Assembly (NCBI GenBank): GCA_050084515.1
Contig: CM114271.1
Coordinates: 20,646,001 to 20,710,000, forward strand
Reading direction: 5' to 3'
Origin: Blasia pusilla
Taxonomy: Eukaryota
Length of the DNA stretch: 64,000 bases
This document shows, in pieces, positions 1 to 13,900 of this stretch. Positions within the stretch are counted from its first letter, which is position 1. The number at the start of each line of letters is the position of its first letter. A program made the position numbers and the translations under genes. Below the pieces are notes generated by a model, which saw only the letters and a list, made by a program, of their open reading frames with translations, had not been told where the DNA came from and did no database searches.

Positions 1-1258
1 GAATAACAGGAGATGGGAGAGCCCATCAGGAATACAAAGAGTGGTGCTCAAGAGTTGAGAACATGAGGGCCACACCCGGCAAAAAAGGATACCTTCTTCT
101 CCTTGTCCCAAGTACTTAGGATCTGTTCTTGCAACACTCCTCTATATGTGGATGGTAGTGTGATCCTTATCGACCTGGCCTACCCGGATCACCTCATCGC
201 AGTTTATCTTTGTAAATCATTTCTTCTCTAAATGAGAATGATTATCTCCTCCCATCCACATAAGCCAAGCCCATTTCCACGGAAACTCCATTACTAAAAC
301 GGAGCCAAGACGAGATTCTGGAGTATAAATAAAGAACTAATGCTTTGAAATCCCTTTTGAAGCAAGTGCTCACAAACAGTAATCTACTCTAAATCTTGAG
401 TACTACTGGACAGAACTGCTTCTAATCACCAGCTCTTTGCCCTCATTTTTAGAGACCTGACAATAGAGCTGGGATGGGGACTGTGGGGGGTAAAAGAGTA
501 TTTCCCAAGGGTCACTCCCAAGAGTACAGGAGGATAAGGACCATATGTCCAGGACTCTCATGGTCAATGCATAACTACAATTGGCCGTCTGCTGATCGGT
601 ACTGGACTAGATAGTGAGAGAAACTGGAGAAGGATAGTGGTTGCATCAACTGGTATGATCAAACCTCGGAACAGAATAAACATGTCCCCAGAATATGTTT
701 CATGCGATAATTGCAAGGGCAGGTGATCCATTAGAATAAGCTTGATCAACCACCAGCATTACTCTGACATATACAGGAAACAAGCGTACAACAGGAAGAG
801 CCTTGAATCAAATATTTTGTGGCCATGGCATCAAGATTCTCTGCTCAGAATGGAAGTTACTTTATCTATGATATGATTCTGCAAGAAATCATTCAAAAGA
901 TTCTTGGGACAGTTACCCACCTTCATCCCGAAAGGATAAGCCCAAGAGAACTTCCAATCACTGGAGTGCCTACGCCTAACTCAACATACCACCTGTTCTC
1001 ATATCTGCAAAGATTGTCTCTAAGTTTTCTACACGCAACTAAGAGGTCCTCATGTTACTGCATCTAAGGAAACCTGTGCGCACTCTTCCCGAAGAATTTC
1101 TACATATTCCAGGCTCAGTGATAGGATTCCTGACTCACATGGCTTGCACATGCATGGAAAAATGCAAGAGAAGCTTATATCACAAGACAAAGGAAACATT
1201 GCTTATCCAGATTATGTCTAATCACATTATTTTGAAGGAAATGGTTGTACTCTACAAA

Positions 1259-3380
1259 TTATATCTGGGGCTTGTTATCCTTTGTAGTATCCTCCTTCCA
1301 GGAAGCTTGCCATTGCTTGTCATAGAAGGTTGATTCCTTGGCCAATTCTTTCAGTGTAGAAAGATCTTCATTCTTTCGGATCAGTAGAACTCCCACAATT
1401 GTGATGAAAAGCAGCAACTTGCCAAAGAAACTACTTTGTTGATCCACAAGGCCAACCCCAGTGGCACTATCCACCAGATACCCGGCCACATACCCAATCA
1501 TAGCTGCACGACCTGTTCCGCCGGGAGCCGAACACCACAACCACGAGACAGCAATAGTCAGGATGATTAATAGCACTAGTGTATCTAAAAACAGCAATCA
1601 TGTTGATTCCTGTGGACAGACAGACTAGTGCTCAAGCTTTCTCTGCTTGCTTCTTGTGCAGAGAAGACAATCTCCAACAATCCTAAAAAGCTCATACCCG
1701 ACATGGATAGGGAAGAAAGTTTTCATGAGATTGCAGAGCACAACTCACACGCTCCAAAGCATATGAAATCAGAAAGCTAATGATCTCTAGCTTCACGAAA
1801 TGTTAGGGTGGTACTCAGGGTAGGTGGTGATGAACGTCTTCAACACATCCATGGATATGCAGTTTGGCGTAAGTGGATACTTCATAATTTCAGATTTTCC
1901 CATATTTCTCACCCAGGACTCCCACAGTCTGTCCGACTAAGACACCCTATTCAAAGACAAGTTCAACTTATTTAAAAAGCCATTCGCTCTTAAATGTTGA
2001 GTCCCTCGCTTTCAAGGACCTCCCACTCTCGTCAGAAAGCTTAGTTGAATGAGTTTCTTGGCAACTGCGTGACCTACTTAAAACCCTGATCTACCCTTCT
2101 CCAAGAACCTGCCCGGAGCTGGGCCAGTTTCAAGAAGGTTGGAAGCCAAAAGGTCCACTTAGATCCTCGTAGCCAAAAGCAGGCGGACCAAACGTGGATT
2201 AGATCCGGGTTCAATGGTTCCAGCGTACAGCAAGCACAATAGTATGAAGCATAGAAGTTAGGGATACCATAATCTCTGGTTGTATATGGGGAGTTAAGAT
2301 CAAAGGGATTTAGCAAACGTACCATTCAGCAGCTCAGCCTCAGGCAGGTGGAAGCGCTTGACCCAAGCCCACCATGGGACAGTAGAAGTCTCAAATAACA
2401 CGGGTTCGTCATTTCTCGACGCCTCAGGGTTTTCCTCCAACCATTTACGCCTTCTCACCTCTGAAAGCTCACACGTGAATGTAAATTTAGCAACCACACG
2501 TTGGAAGAAATTCTACCCTCGTCTAGGCTTTCCTATTCTGGTCAGCATTCACTGAACTATCCGTCAGCAATAAAAATCTCTCTCTCGCCTTACAGGTCCC
2601 CTAGACAATAAATCACTTCATTCTCTCTCGCTCTCACCCACAATCCAGCCAGGGTCAAGACAGGTATTATTTAATGTGTAGAGTCTCTCTAGATAGACTA
2701 GGAGAAGAATCTCGCCCACTTTGGTCCTCAATAAATCCGTTCATCTTCCATCTCTCTCTCTCCCTCTGTGAGTATACCAGGAAAATCAACTCTCGCACAA
2801 AACTGGCACGCAAACAGATAAGGAGCAGACAACGGAGGTACGAACCCGCGTCAATCACACTGTCCCAAGACACCTTTCCGTCCACGGTGAACTTCGTAAG
2901 ATCCCAGTTTCCGCTGACCCATCTAGGATCCTCGAACCGATCTCCTGTCATAACCGACGACGTCTTTCCCAGGGTCGATAAGCTCGGGTCCTTACCCAGA
3001 GCCTGATTACCCTCCAATGTTCCACCTCTCTGTAGAGCACCGGGTTTCCGGCCCTTGGCAACCTCCCCACTAACGGCAATTCCAGGAGTGGCTGGCTCAT
3101 CTTCCAGTACCGCCACCTCGCTCACCACGCTGTCACCTCCAGCATCCGCAGCACTACCGGTTTCTTCTGCTGCTATCACACACACTCTCGAGCATTGGAT
3201 CCTCCTGCCCAGCTGACCCTGCGATTTCACGGCCAACTTCCCCTCCAGAGCCCTACTCTGTGCTACCATGGGTGATTCCAAGCTCACCTTGGTGGACTGT
3301 CCACCACTTTGGATCCCCGCCACTGTCGACATAGCAGCTACGGCTGATACCAGTGTCATCGACGGCGCCATGGCCGCCAT
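1259..3380 (-). CDS. LIL3: Light-harvesting-like protein 3 (LIL3), chloroplast; 3 exons: 2846-3380, 2323-2460, 1259-1512
   Basis: GT-AG junctions join in frame. Ser/Ala-rich transit peptide, then [13 protein letters not shown]...[42 protein letters not shown] (LHC motif) and [13 protein letters not shown], typical of LIL3. Confidence 0.95.
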
Positions 3381-4562
3381 TTCTCACAGATTTCTACAAA
3401 AGAAAAAAAAATAGCCACCAAGAAATTCCTTCAAATGCTGCACAATCAAACTCCCCGCACCATGTCTAACGTCTCACAACCAAACAATCGAGCACACAAA
3501 CGTACATCACACTCGCAACCCACACCGCGGGTGTGCCGGTATGACCTCACCTCGCAAACCACCACCGTGTCTCGCTGTAGAGCTCCCAAGATCGTTAGCC
3601 GTAGAGCTGCGAAGCAGCAAACCAAATGTTTAATCGCGGCCACTCTGCTTGGTGGGCCAGAGCTCGTGGGAACTGCTACGGTCGTGGCGATCGAAGGAAT
3701 GCCTTACCCTGTCCACATGGCAACTTTTCACCTCATAGCCTCGCCGTCTGGATATGGTAGTGCTGACTTGGCCTCATCCCATTGGCTCACGGGACCAGGC
3801 TGGCTCGGCTATTCTGGACGCATGATCCACTGCTAACTGTGGGATTTGCTGCCCGCATCCTCGACCGCTCGGACAGAAGGTGGAGAGAGAGGTGTTCCAC
3901 ATGAAGCTCTCTCTCTGTCGCATGGAGAGTGGTTGGCAGATCCGTGATAGGGTTCCGTGGGTGCCGATGTCCGCGAGGTGATTGACCCACCCACTGCCAG
4001 GAACTGAGCGCACAAGGGCCGAACTTCTTCACCGGAAGCGATCAGCGCATGCTCGAGTTTGAAATCGTGTGGACCCGAAAGAGCTCAAAGCCCGTAGCCG
4101 CTGCGCCTCATGAGCAGTTGCGAAGATTGGCGAGCTACAGTAGATCGTTGAGTCTGTCTTGGTGGAATTTTTGAACATCCGACCACGGCTGATGATTGAG
4201 GCATGGTGTTGATGGCATATCGAAGACCTATATAGTGGCTGTTTACCGCTATTAATAAGTTCGTTCACTTCGAAGGTTCTATTTCCTTTGCCCATCAAAT
4301 TTGTTCCCGAACTGAAACGCCTCTCTGAACACGTTTCTTACAGACCCTCCTCTCCTCACAGACAAGGTTCTCGAAATATCCGTGCTGTACAATAGTTGTG
4401 GGGTTGCCTTAGATGCACGGGACAGAATCAATCTTCGACCCGGGGACGCGACGAAAACGTTATACCGCACTTATCATCTGAGGCAACTCCCAATCATCTG
4501 CCCGGCGTTTTATCGCTGTAGGAGAATTGCGATTCGACGTATGTTTGCGCCCACTTCTACAA

Positions 4563-4637
4563 CTAGTAAGGAACCCTAAACCCGTGCATCGCACCGAAAA
4601 AGTGTTTGAACTGGTAAGGAACCGTGCATCGCACGGG
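4563..4637 (-). mobile_element. Two tandem Helitron 3' termini (hairpin + CTRR)
   Basis: On +: a-CTAG...cccgtgcatcgcacc (4563-4595) and CTGG...ccgtgcatcgcacgg (4611-4636). A possible 5' end (attattatataga-t) lies at ~5457 after an AT-rich body. Confidence 0.6.
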
Positions 4638-6339
4638 AAAAAAAAGTTTGAAGAGTTTTTGGTAGGGTTTACACAAATTCAAACATGTGAAACTTTTTTT
4701 CTTCAATTACCACATATAATAGGACCTTAAAAAACACTTGTTTTTTTAAATTGTGTTTAAATTTTCAAATTTTAAGTATAATTTCACTTTTTTAAATTTT
4801 AAAGAGTAAGAAATTTCATCTTTAAATTACACCCTTCTCCCCTAAATAATTTCAATCCTCCTTACATCAAACAATAACTATCCTTCCCCTTCCTTAATTA
4901 ATCTTAATTAATTAATGAAATCAATTTTTTTCCGTTCAAATTCATTTTTCTTTCCCCAAATATCATATGTGAGTTAATACGATTATTTTTAAAAATTATC
5001 ACGTTATTTATTTCAAATTGTAAATATGATTTCTATTTTCTAAAATCTTAGAAGAGTAATAACATTTCATTGTTCTTAATAATTACAATCCTCCATTCAA
5101 ATTTAAATGATACCCCAAAACACTAAGTAATTTTATCTTTTCATAAAATTTAAAAAAAATCTACTCCTCTATTGAATTTTTATTTCTTTTTTCCATCAAA
5201 TATGAATTGAGGTAAAAATTCTAAAACTTTGGTTATTTATCATAATTATTACATTTTTTTAATACTTAATCACCCATTATAATATTAAATTGAAATTTAA
5301 TTGAGTAATATATATTCGACTCAAATCCCTATTAGTTTCCTTTGTTTGATTTCTAACCAAGGCCAAGGCAACAAAATTCAAGGATGTTGCCTATTTGGTC
5401 TTATTGTCCTGCTATCTTGTCGTATTATGCATATGTGGTCGTCAATTATTATATAGATTAAACTCGCATGCAAGTCGATCCTCTCGTACACAACATAATC
5501 AAGTAGGGTTGGAGGTTTTTGGAAGAGTTAAGGTATCCTTTATTTCTTGGTTGCAGAGAGCATCTCTTGAGTTTGGTTATGATAACTATCCCAACATGCA
5601 CTACTGGCAATGATCCTTGTTTTGGCCTACATTCCAAGAATTTTTATTAAAGTTGTTTTATTTTTCATTCCTGAGAATCGGGACAGGACAAACATTCGAT
5701 CCTTACCGCTAAGCACTTGCAACCCGTTTAGCCCTCACTTGTGAATACTTCATATGGACACTAAAGGCAAAAGCTCTAAAGTGGATGGATGAGCTCCGTC
5801 CACTCGGCACGGCCATTCCGTGGACAGATTGGTGAGTGGACGGAAAGGCGAAACCGTTGCTTACCGCCCCTACAAGAAGTCGGCTCCAAGTGCAAAGCTT
5901 GCGGAATGCAAGTTATTTTGCACTTTCTCCGACCCTACGATATGAGTTTCTAACGGTCGGATGTTAGCATCCATGCTAATATTAATTCTCTCATTAATAA
6001 AGAATAGTATCCACAATGTTATTCCTAGCTTTCTTTAGTTGTCTCCCAATTCGTGTTCTCCGAACTTTGGCAGTGTTCTCCGACCCTTCAAACATATGGC
6101 GCGTTGTGTTACTCCCTATCCCTACTGCCGTGTTAGTCCAAATCGGAATCCGATTCGTATTGTGTACTCCTGGCGGTTCCCAATGTATTCGTGTTTCCGA
6201 ACTCCGTTATAAAACTCAAAACGCTAAAAAGGGCCGCATACTGGTTACTTTCTTTGGTCAACCTGCATGCATAGGACCTCGTGAGGGACGTAACAATCCC
6301 TCCCATGTCTCGTAGAGCTCATACTTGTGAAATAGTCAA

Positions 6340-8378
6340 TGTAACGCCTCAAGAAAATAAAACGCACGCGATCGAATAATCGTCACATTTTAAATGCGTA
6401 TGTATATTCTAAACTTGACAAGGCGATGAAGATTCATACCTCAAGTAAGTTTGATCATCTAAGTCGAGACTTGGAGCCTTAGAAGTCTAAGCTAAAAGAT
6501 CTTGCAACGAAAGTTGTAGTAAAGTCCGAGAGGCACTTCATGTAATACTAACGCGGATATTATAAGTGTTAGCCAAGAAGAAGAAGCATGAAGGCTACAC
6601 TCCCGTAGAGTAAGAATAAGACTTTTGAAGTAAAAAAGGAAAGAAGATAGAAGGTGGAAGTCAATCACAGGGAGCTACAGTCCAAAAAGTAGCGGCGTCG
6701 TTGGAATCTTATCGACGGCCAAAGAATCTTGATGAATATTTGGTCAATAGAAAATCTCAAGAAAAGAGGAGATAATGACTTGAGTTAAATTGACCATGTA
6801 GTAAGATTGACCAAAGAAGAAGGAAAAAGTCCATACCATTTCGGAGATAGCCAAATGGCAAAAGCCCCTTAGAGGTGATTTGGAAAGATAAATTAGGGGA
6901 GAGTAAAATGCATTTCGGAGGAGAAAATAGGAAGCATTTGGGGAGATGAAAGACGCATTGAAAATACAAGAAGGAGGTCCTTTCACGACACAAAGATTTG
7001 AGAGCAAGATCAAAAATAGAGAGTACGGGAGAAGTTGGTAAGTAAAAGGGGATATCAGAATTCTGATACAAAAGTTAGAGATGATATTTTAGAGCTTTGT
7101 GGGAGTTCTATTGGTGACCGTGAGAAGATTGAGGCAACATTGGAAATCTGGAAAGACGAGCGTTGTGTCAGAATTTGAATCTTATCAAGATCATTTCTAC
7201 AACTCTCAAAAAGTGATATTAAGTGCGCAGGGATATTGTAGAACAGTTGATTGCTGATTGAAGGTATTTGCAATCAAGAGAGATCAAGGAGGATTTTGAA
7301 GAGAGAAATTTCTCACATCTTGGAGAATTTGGAGACTTCAGAAGATAAGATCAGTACCTCACTCACTTTTTAAAGTAATTGTTGTTGGGATAAGAAGAGG
7401 AGAGAGAAAGAAGTCTTTGAAGCTTCTAGACTGTCATACCGGTTTGAGAGTTGGATTCTATAGCCTTGGGTCTTGAGCTTTGATGATCAGACTAAGTGGT
7501 CTTCTTATTAAGGAGAATTGAACTGTGAATTTTGTATCTTAGAGTTCATATTTTTAGAGTTGAAAGTGATTTGAGTGGTGAGTGTTGAGTGGCGGGTGGA
7601 AAAGTGCTTTATTGCCAAAAGTTTCAACTTTGTCAATTGTGGTCACCTGATTTTGGCGTTTAGTAGTATTTTTTCATGACATTTGGTATAAGAGCTGGTT
7701 AGATCAAGTGCCTTGTGTGGTTTTTGAATTCTTCCTTGTGTGTGAATCATCTAAGAAGGATGGATCAACAACTTGTTGCATCTGAAGTTGTGAGATTAGA
7801 GTTGAGAGAGCTCTAGGTCTGGAGAGCTTTGAGATGAGGCTAGGGGAAGTAGAGGATGGACTCTAAGACGATAAATTAGGGGTGAGAAATAAATTTTATA
7901 AGAGCACGTGGGAAGCATTCAGGGAGATCAAGCACATATTGGAAAGCCAAGGAGACGCATCCAAGACACTAGATTTGAGAGCACAATAAAAAAACAGAGA
8001 GCGCATGAGGAGTTATGAAGTGAAAGGGGTATAAGAATTCTATTGCAGAAAGTTGGAGAAGAAGTTTTAGAGATTTTTGGGAGTTCCATTTATGAGCGCA
8101 AGGAGATTAAGTCAACTTTGGAAAGCTAGGAAGACGTGCATTCTTTCAAAAGTTAAATCTCATCAAGGTCATTTCTACATCTCTCAGAAAGTGAGATTAA
8201 GTGTGCAAGGGTGTTGCAGAAAAGTTTGATTCTTCAGTGAAGGTGTTTGAAGTCAATAAAGATAAAAGAAGAGTTTGATGGAAGAAATTTCTCTCATCTT
8301 GGAGATTTTGGAGACCTAGGAAGATACACTCAGTGCCTTACTCATTTTTCAAAGTGATTTCTGTCGAGATTGGAAGGA

Positions 8379-8464
<86 letters not shown>

Positions 8465-8710
8465 TGTGGAGCTTGTAGACTTCTACACAAATTTGGTAGC
8501 TAGATTCTAAGCCCTCGATCTTGAGCTTTGATGATCAAACTGAGTGGTCTTCTTATTAAGGAGAAATGAGCCCTGAATTTTGTATCTCAGAGTTGAAATG
8601 TATACTTGAAAGAGATTTGAGCAGTCACTAATGCATGGAAAAGTGCTCTATTACCAAAAGTTTCAATTTTTTCAATAGTGGTGGCATGGTTTTGGTGTTT
8701 AGAAGTAATT
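6340..8710. mobile_element. Degenerate LTR-retrotransposon-like region with an internal ~0.8-kb diverged direct duplication (~6886-7668 and ~7870-8707)
   Basis: Starts TGTAAC. Two colinear copies run from gataaattagggg to ttttgg(c/t)gtttag. Purine-rich, no intact ORF. Confidence 0.5.
8381..8460. repeat. (GA)n microsatellite
   Basis: Pure GA dinucleotide run. Confidence 0.98.
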
Positions 8711-10019
8711 TTCAGAAACAACAAGGGACCAAATTTCAGCAAACAAAACCATTCCACACGTAACTTTTGACGCTATCTGGCCTTAGCTTGCAAGGACTAA
8801 AGTAAATAAATTTCAATGTAAGTCTTTTGGTAATTTTTTGAAAACCTGTGTTTCATAATTTGGAACTTGCTCTTTTTTTGTCCATTTTCTCTTCGTAGTC
8901 ATTACTTCTTTATAACATGCAAACTTTTGTTACACAAGCGGACCACTTACCTCATGGTCGATTCACATTATACCAACCAAGTTCATGTTAGATTTGTTTC
9001 AAGTTATTATTTGCGCAGTTCATTGAATTGGTTTTTTTTTTTCTTCCCTTTGCATTTCTTTTGCCATTTCTTGCTTCCTTCCTTCCTTGGGATATTGTTT
9101 CCTTTCTTTGTCCTTTTTTAGGCTTTTTAATAATAAAGTGGATTTTATTTTAAATACACTTTCCATCTATACTATTATTTGTATTAAATCCTTTATTAAA
9201 CCTTAAAATTTTCTTTCTATATCCTAGTTAATCTTGTATATACTTTATATTGGATTTTTAACTCATGTATGATATTTCCTAAGCCGAAAATGGGCACCAA
9301 ATTTTTTCGTAGTGCTAAAATATCATGATCACAGAAGTACCCATGGGAAAGCCCATCTCAACTAAGGATAGTCCAAACACCCAATCAAGGGCGAAAAAAA
9401 CCTATTAATCCCTTAAATTTGGGGATAAGTGCTCATCTCTTTGATTTATGGTCTATTGAAGGTGAGGTTCATGTTCATATGGTATGTTTCACTATTAGAC
9501 TCAAATTGGCATCTTAAGGCTATGACGAGCACAAAATCATGCGTATACTAGCTTTCTCTATTTGTGCTCCCATGTAGAGAATAGATAGCATCCCACCCCT
9601 TTATCTAAACATTGGTTATTAATTGAAGATTCCAACATAAGTCGAGGCATCAGCCTAAAGGTTGCATCACACAAAACTAGCTCTTTAGGCCACTCCTATT
9701 GTGAGTTGTAAAGTCCAGATTTGGCTCATTTTGGTTGCCTCCATTTGGTAATGTAGACCTTATTAAAGAGTACTAGACCCTTTTTCTTCGTTAGGTCAAC
9801 GATGCTGCCAAGTTCGGTCTGAATCAAGAGAAGTTAGGATGAATGTATTACCAAGCTAAAGAGGCAACTTTCTCACTATATCTTTTATTCCAAATGTATG
9901 ATAGTTTAGTAAGACATTTTTCATTTCCTTTCATTATCTTGCTCATATTTATAAAATTTATTGTGCTTTCAAGCACGTTGTGTAAATCTTCATCAATCAA
10001 GTGATCAATTACATTCTTC

Positions 10020-10470
10020 ATTCTTATGGATCAATTCAATATGTTTTAGTGAAGGAGTGTGTTTTTTTGAAGAAGAATTGCAATAAGCTTTGCTATGTGC
10101 AATGAGGGCTCTTTATGTTCAATTTTATGGTTGTCAAGTAGCAACAAAGTGAATCATTGACAAGAGAAAAAGGACAAAGAAATTTGGATCATACTAAGGG
10201 AATTCATATGGGGGGAGGTCATTCACAAGGAGGTGTGGAATTATGGTAAATATTTTATCTACACTCACATGAAAGAACGCTATAGAATATCCTATTCAAA
10301 CACTAGTAAATTGTTCATGCAAACTACTTTTTAGTGAGAAAGAGCAAGAAGGATAGTTGAATCAACTAAATATGTTACAAAAGTCATTTATCCATTAGCC
10401 CATATTCCAAAGTTGTCACTACTCAATGACTTGCTCGATATTGATAAGTCTATTATTGTCAACTCTACTT

Positions 10471-10519
<49 letters not shown>

Positions 10520-10915
10520 CTTTTGGTGGGTCTCACATCAAACTCAAAACTAAACCTACAATGAACGTCTTTCTTGACCACTATAGGAATTGCCCTTAGA
10601 GAAGCACCATTTGGTGCTTCTCTAAGGGATTTGTGATGTCGATCTAAAATTTATGAGATCTATTTTATATCATATCGATGTCCACATTGATGGTGCAAAT
10701 TTAAGAAAATCCAAAGATTGTACAGCATTGAAGATTAGCATGCTCTAATTCAATAAAAAATTAATTTTCCACCTGGAGATGGAGACAAAGAAATTATATC
10801 CCCACTAGTACTTAAAGATACTACATGTCCACTTTGACCATCATTTTTGGAGCAATTTTATCAACACTCAAATCGAGAAGATACAATGCATAACATCTTC
10901 AACTAACAAATAGCA
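10020..10915 (+). pseudogene. PIF/Harbinger transposase remnant
   Basis: Manual translation gives KVIYPLAHIPKLSLLNDLLDIDKSI (~10380-10455), GICDVDLKF (~10626) and HIDGANLRKS (~10683), resembling Harbinger YRLAHG...DLFDIGKST, QGICD.DLKF and HD...LR.S motifs. Many lesions; boundaries approximate. Confidence 0.5.
10473..10515. repeat. (TA)n microsatellite
   Basis: Pure TA run. Confidence 0.97.
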
Positions 10916-10919
10916 AAGG

Positions 10920-13900
10920 TGTTGGATTCTCAACATCCACTTCTCTGAGCACCATTTATCTGATCGGCCCCCTTTGTATGAGGCGAAGCCTACATTGATG
11001 GTTTCGAATTAGATGTCAAAGGAGTCATAGTAATAGGACGTAGATGGTGTATGGAGTAGTCTTAGTAGATATATGCAAAAAATTTCTATTAATAGAAACG
11101 AAGAAAAATAGGTAAAAAACCCTAGTTTCCCGAGAGTAAAAGAGTCGGGAGCCGTAGCGGTAGTGCATTCTCGTATGTCGAGTTATCTCCATGTTCAGGT
11201 TCCATCGAAGCTCTTCTTTGAGAGCATGGATGGACTAGGCGACTTTGTACTCCAAGTTTTTGTAAAGATTTCAGTGATTTCGTCACTTTCTATTTTCTCA
11301 TATGGTATCAGAGCAGTAGATTTTCCAGTAGTTTGCATCTGGCGATCTAGTGTGTTTGCACAAAATCTTGAGAGATGGCTACTTCTTCGTCAGTTCGTGC
11401 TCTCCCTCCTCTGCTGGGTGAAGGGAAGTTAGATGGGTCTAACTATACATTGTGGAAGTTCAAAATGAGAATTTTCCTTGAATCATTTGAGATGTGGGAG
11501 ACGGCCACTAGGATCGATTTGAATCCATAAGCTACTTTGAGTTTTGCATGTTCATCTTCATCTAGTGATATCGATCATGTTGTATTGCTAGCATGGAAAC
11601 GCGGAAAAACGTTGATGCTCTATATGCAATTGTCACGAATGTAACTCATTCTATCATGACTCTCATTCAACATACGATCACTACTGCTGAGGTGTGGAAC
11701 ATTTTGAAGAATCAGTATGAAACGAGGAATGAGACTCGGATTCAAAATCTGGAGAATGAGCTTACGTCCGAGAAATTTTCAAAAAGAGAAAGCGCAGAGC
11801 AATTTATGACAAGGATCAAGAATCTTCAAGATCAGATGGCGTACGTAGAAATTTCAAAGTCTAGCAAAGATTTGGCACGTCAGTGCATAAGGATTTTTTC
11901 TCCGAGGTATGACAGTTCGGTCACTGCATTAAATACTCAAGTAAGACCCACGCCGCTTACTTTTGAACAATTTAGTGCAATGTTGGTAGAAGAGGAAATC
12001 CGCTTCAAAGCAAGAGATGGAAGTGATACAATATTTAGTGGCAATGTACAGAGAGGTAGAAATCATGATTACAATTCAAATGTCAAGAAGAATTTTCCAA
12101 GGAAAGCCTTCAAATGCTTTTATTGTGGTAAGCTAGATCATCTTATCAAAGATTGTAGAAAGAGGAGTCTGGATGAGAAGAACGATTTTTTAAAACCTAA
12201 GAAGGAGTCTGGAAATTCTGTAGAACTAGGAGAACATGAGATAGATGCTTGGATAGCAATCGAAGAGTTTTGCACACAGGTAGAATATTCCATTAAGTCA
12301 AAGAGTGAAGATGCATGGGTGCTCGATAATGGAGCATCTAGGCATATGACCAATCATAAGGATTGGTACAACTCCTTACAACTTCTACAGGAGCCCATCG
12401 TTGTTATTGTTGGAAATAATGCAAACTACCTCGTAGAAGGGAAAGGCACAATTTCTTTAGTCTCACAAAAAGGAGATGAAAGAAGTTAACTGATGTACCG
12501 TACGTACTAGAGTTGAAGCGTAATTTGATTTCAGTAGCAATATTATGTAATCGTGACTTAGAAGTTCGTTTCAAGAAAACTGGAGCAGTCATTGAGGATG
12601 CCAATGGGAAAGTAGTGGGTGAAGGTATACGACATGGAAATATCTATGAGTTGCATGCTTTCAAGACAAGTGTAGATACAGATCTTAGTAGCAATAAGTT
12701 GTGGCATGAAAGATTTGGTCACCTAAGCTTTCCCTTACTAAGTCAGATGCAGAAATCTGGCATGGTTGCTGATTTATCAACAATTTTTGGAGTGTTGGAT
12801 ACATGTGAAGCTTGTATGATGTGCAAGCAACACCAACAACCATTTCCACAAGAGTCCAGCAATAGAGCAAAGGCTTCTCTAGAGCTGATTCATGCTCACC
12901 TGTGTGGTAAAATGAGAACAGTGGCATTAGATGGTTCTTCCTACTTCTTTTTAGTTGTCGACGATTATAGTAGGAAGATGTGGATGTATTTCCTTCGTGA
13001 TAAGGCAAGTGCTTTTGGAAAATTTAAAGTATGGCACAAGCTAGTTGAGAATGAGACAGGAAAGAAGGTACAGAAGCACCACACCGATCGAGGAGGAGAA
13101 TTCTTATCAATAGAATTCAACAAATATTTTGGGGAGCATGGAATCAAGCGATAGTTAACCATGGCACATACTCCACAACAAAATGGAGTTGTTGAGTGTC
13201 GAAACCATACAGTGATGGAGATGGCAAGATGTATGATGAAAGCAAAAGGTTTGACAAAAGGATTTTGGGCTGAAGTTGTTAATACTGCCGTTTATATTCT
13301 AAATAGAAGTGCTACCAGGTCAGTGCAAGGTATGACTCCTCGTTAATCATACTTAGGTAAGTTACCATCAGTCCAACATTTCATGACTTTTGGTAGTAAG
13401 TGTCTTGTACATATTCCTGAAGCATCCACGACCAAGCTGGAGTCCAAGAGTAGGAAGTGCATCTTCATGGGATACAGTGATGAGTCTAAAGCTTATCGCG
13501 GATGGGGTCCTGAGGCAAAGAAGATGCTTGTGAGTCGTGATGTGGTGTTCTAGGAATAACCTCATCAAGTGACGGATATCAGTGGTCCGTCCACATTATC
13601 ATCAAATGAAGAGATAACCCACTAGAGCACACCACCGATGTTTACACCAGATCATCAAGAAGAAGAATTTGGTGATGATTATAAAGAGTAACCTACTCTT
13701 CCACTACGGTCGTCATACCCTAAATGGATAAATCAACTCTTGGATGGTAAGGATCCACCAGCAACTGATGAAGTTGTTATACATCCAAGGAGATCCAAGA
13801 GACTAGAGGAGCATAATAGAGCTTCCGCACATCTCGTCAACATGGCCTTGATGATATAGATCTTGAAGGTGGAAGGGCCATAATGCTTGGATGAGGCCCT

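Noticed and set aside
1-1000. Possible LINE remnant downstream of LIL3
   Set aside because: No diagnostic RT or endonuclease motif could be read with confidence.
5405-5690. TGTCCTG...CAGGACA as a short solo LTR
   Set aside because: No matching TSD (cttat / aacat), and it overlaps the candidate Helitron 5' end. Unresolved.
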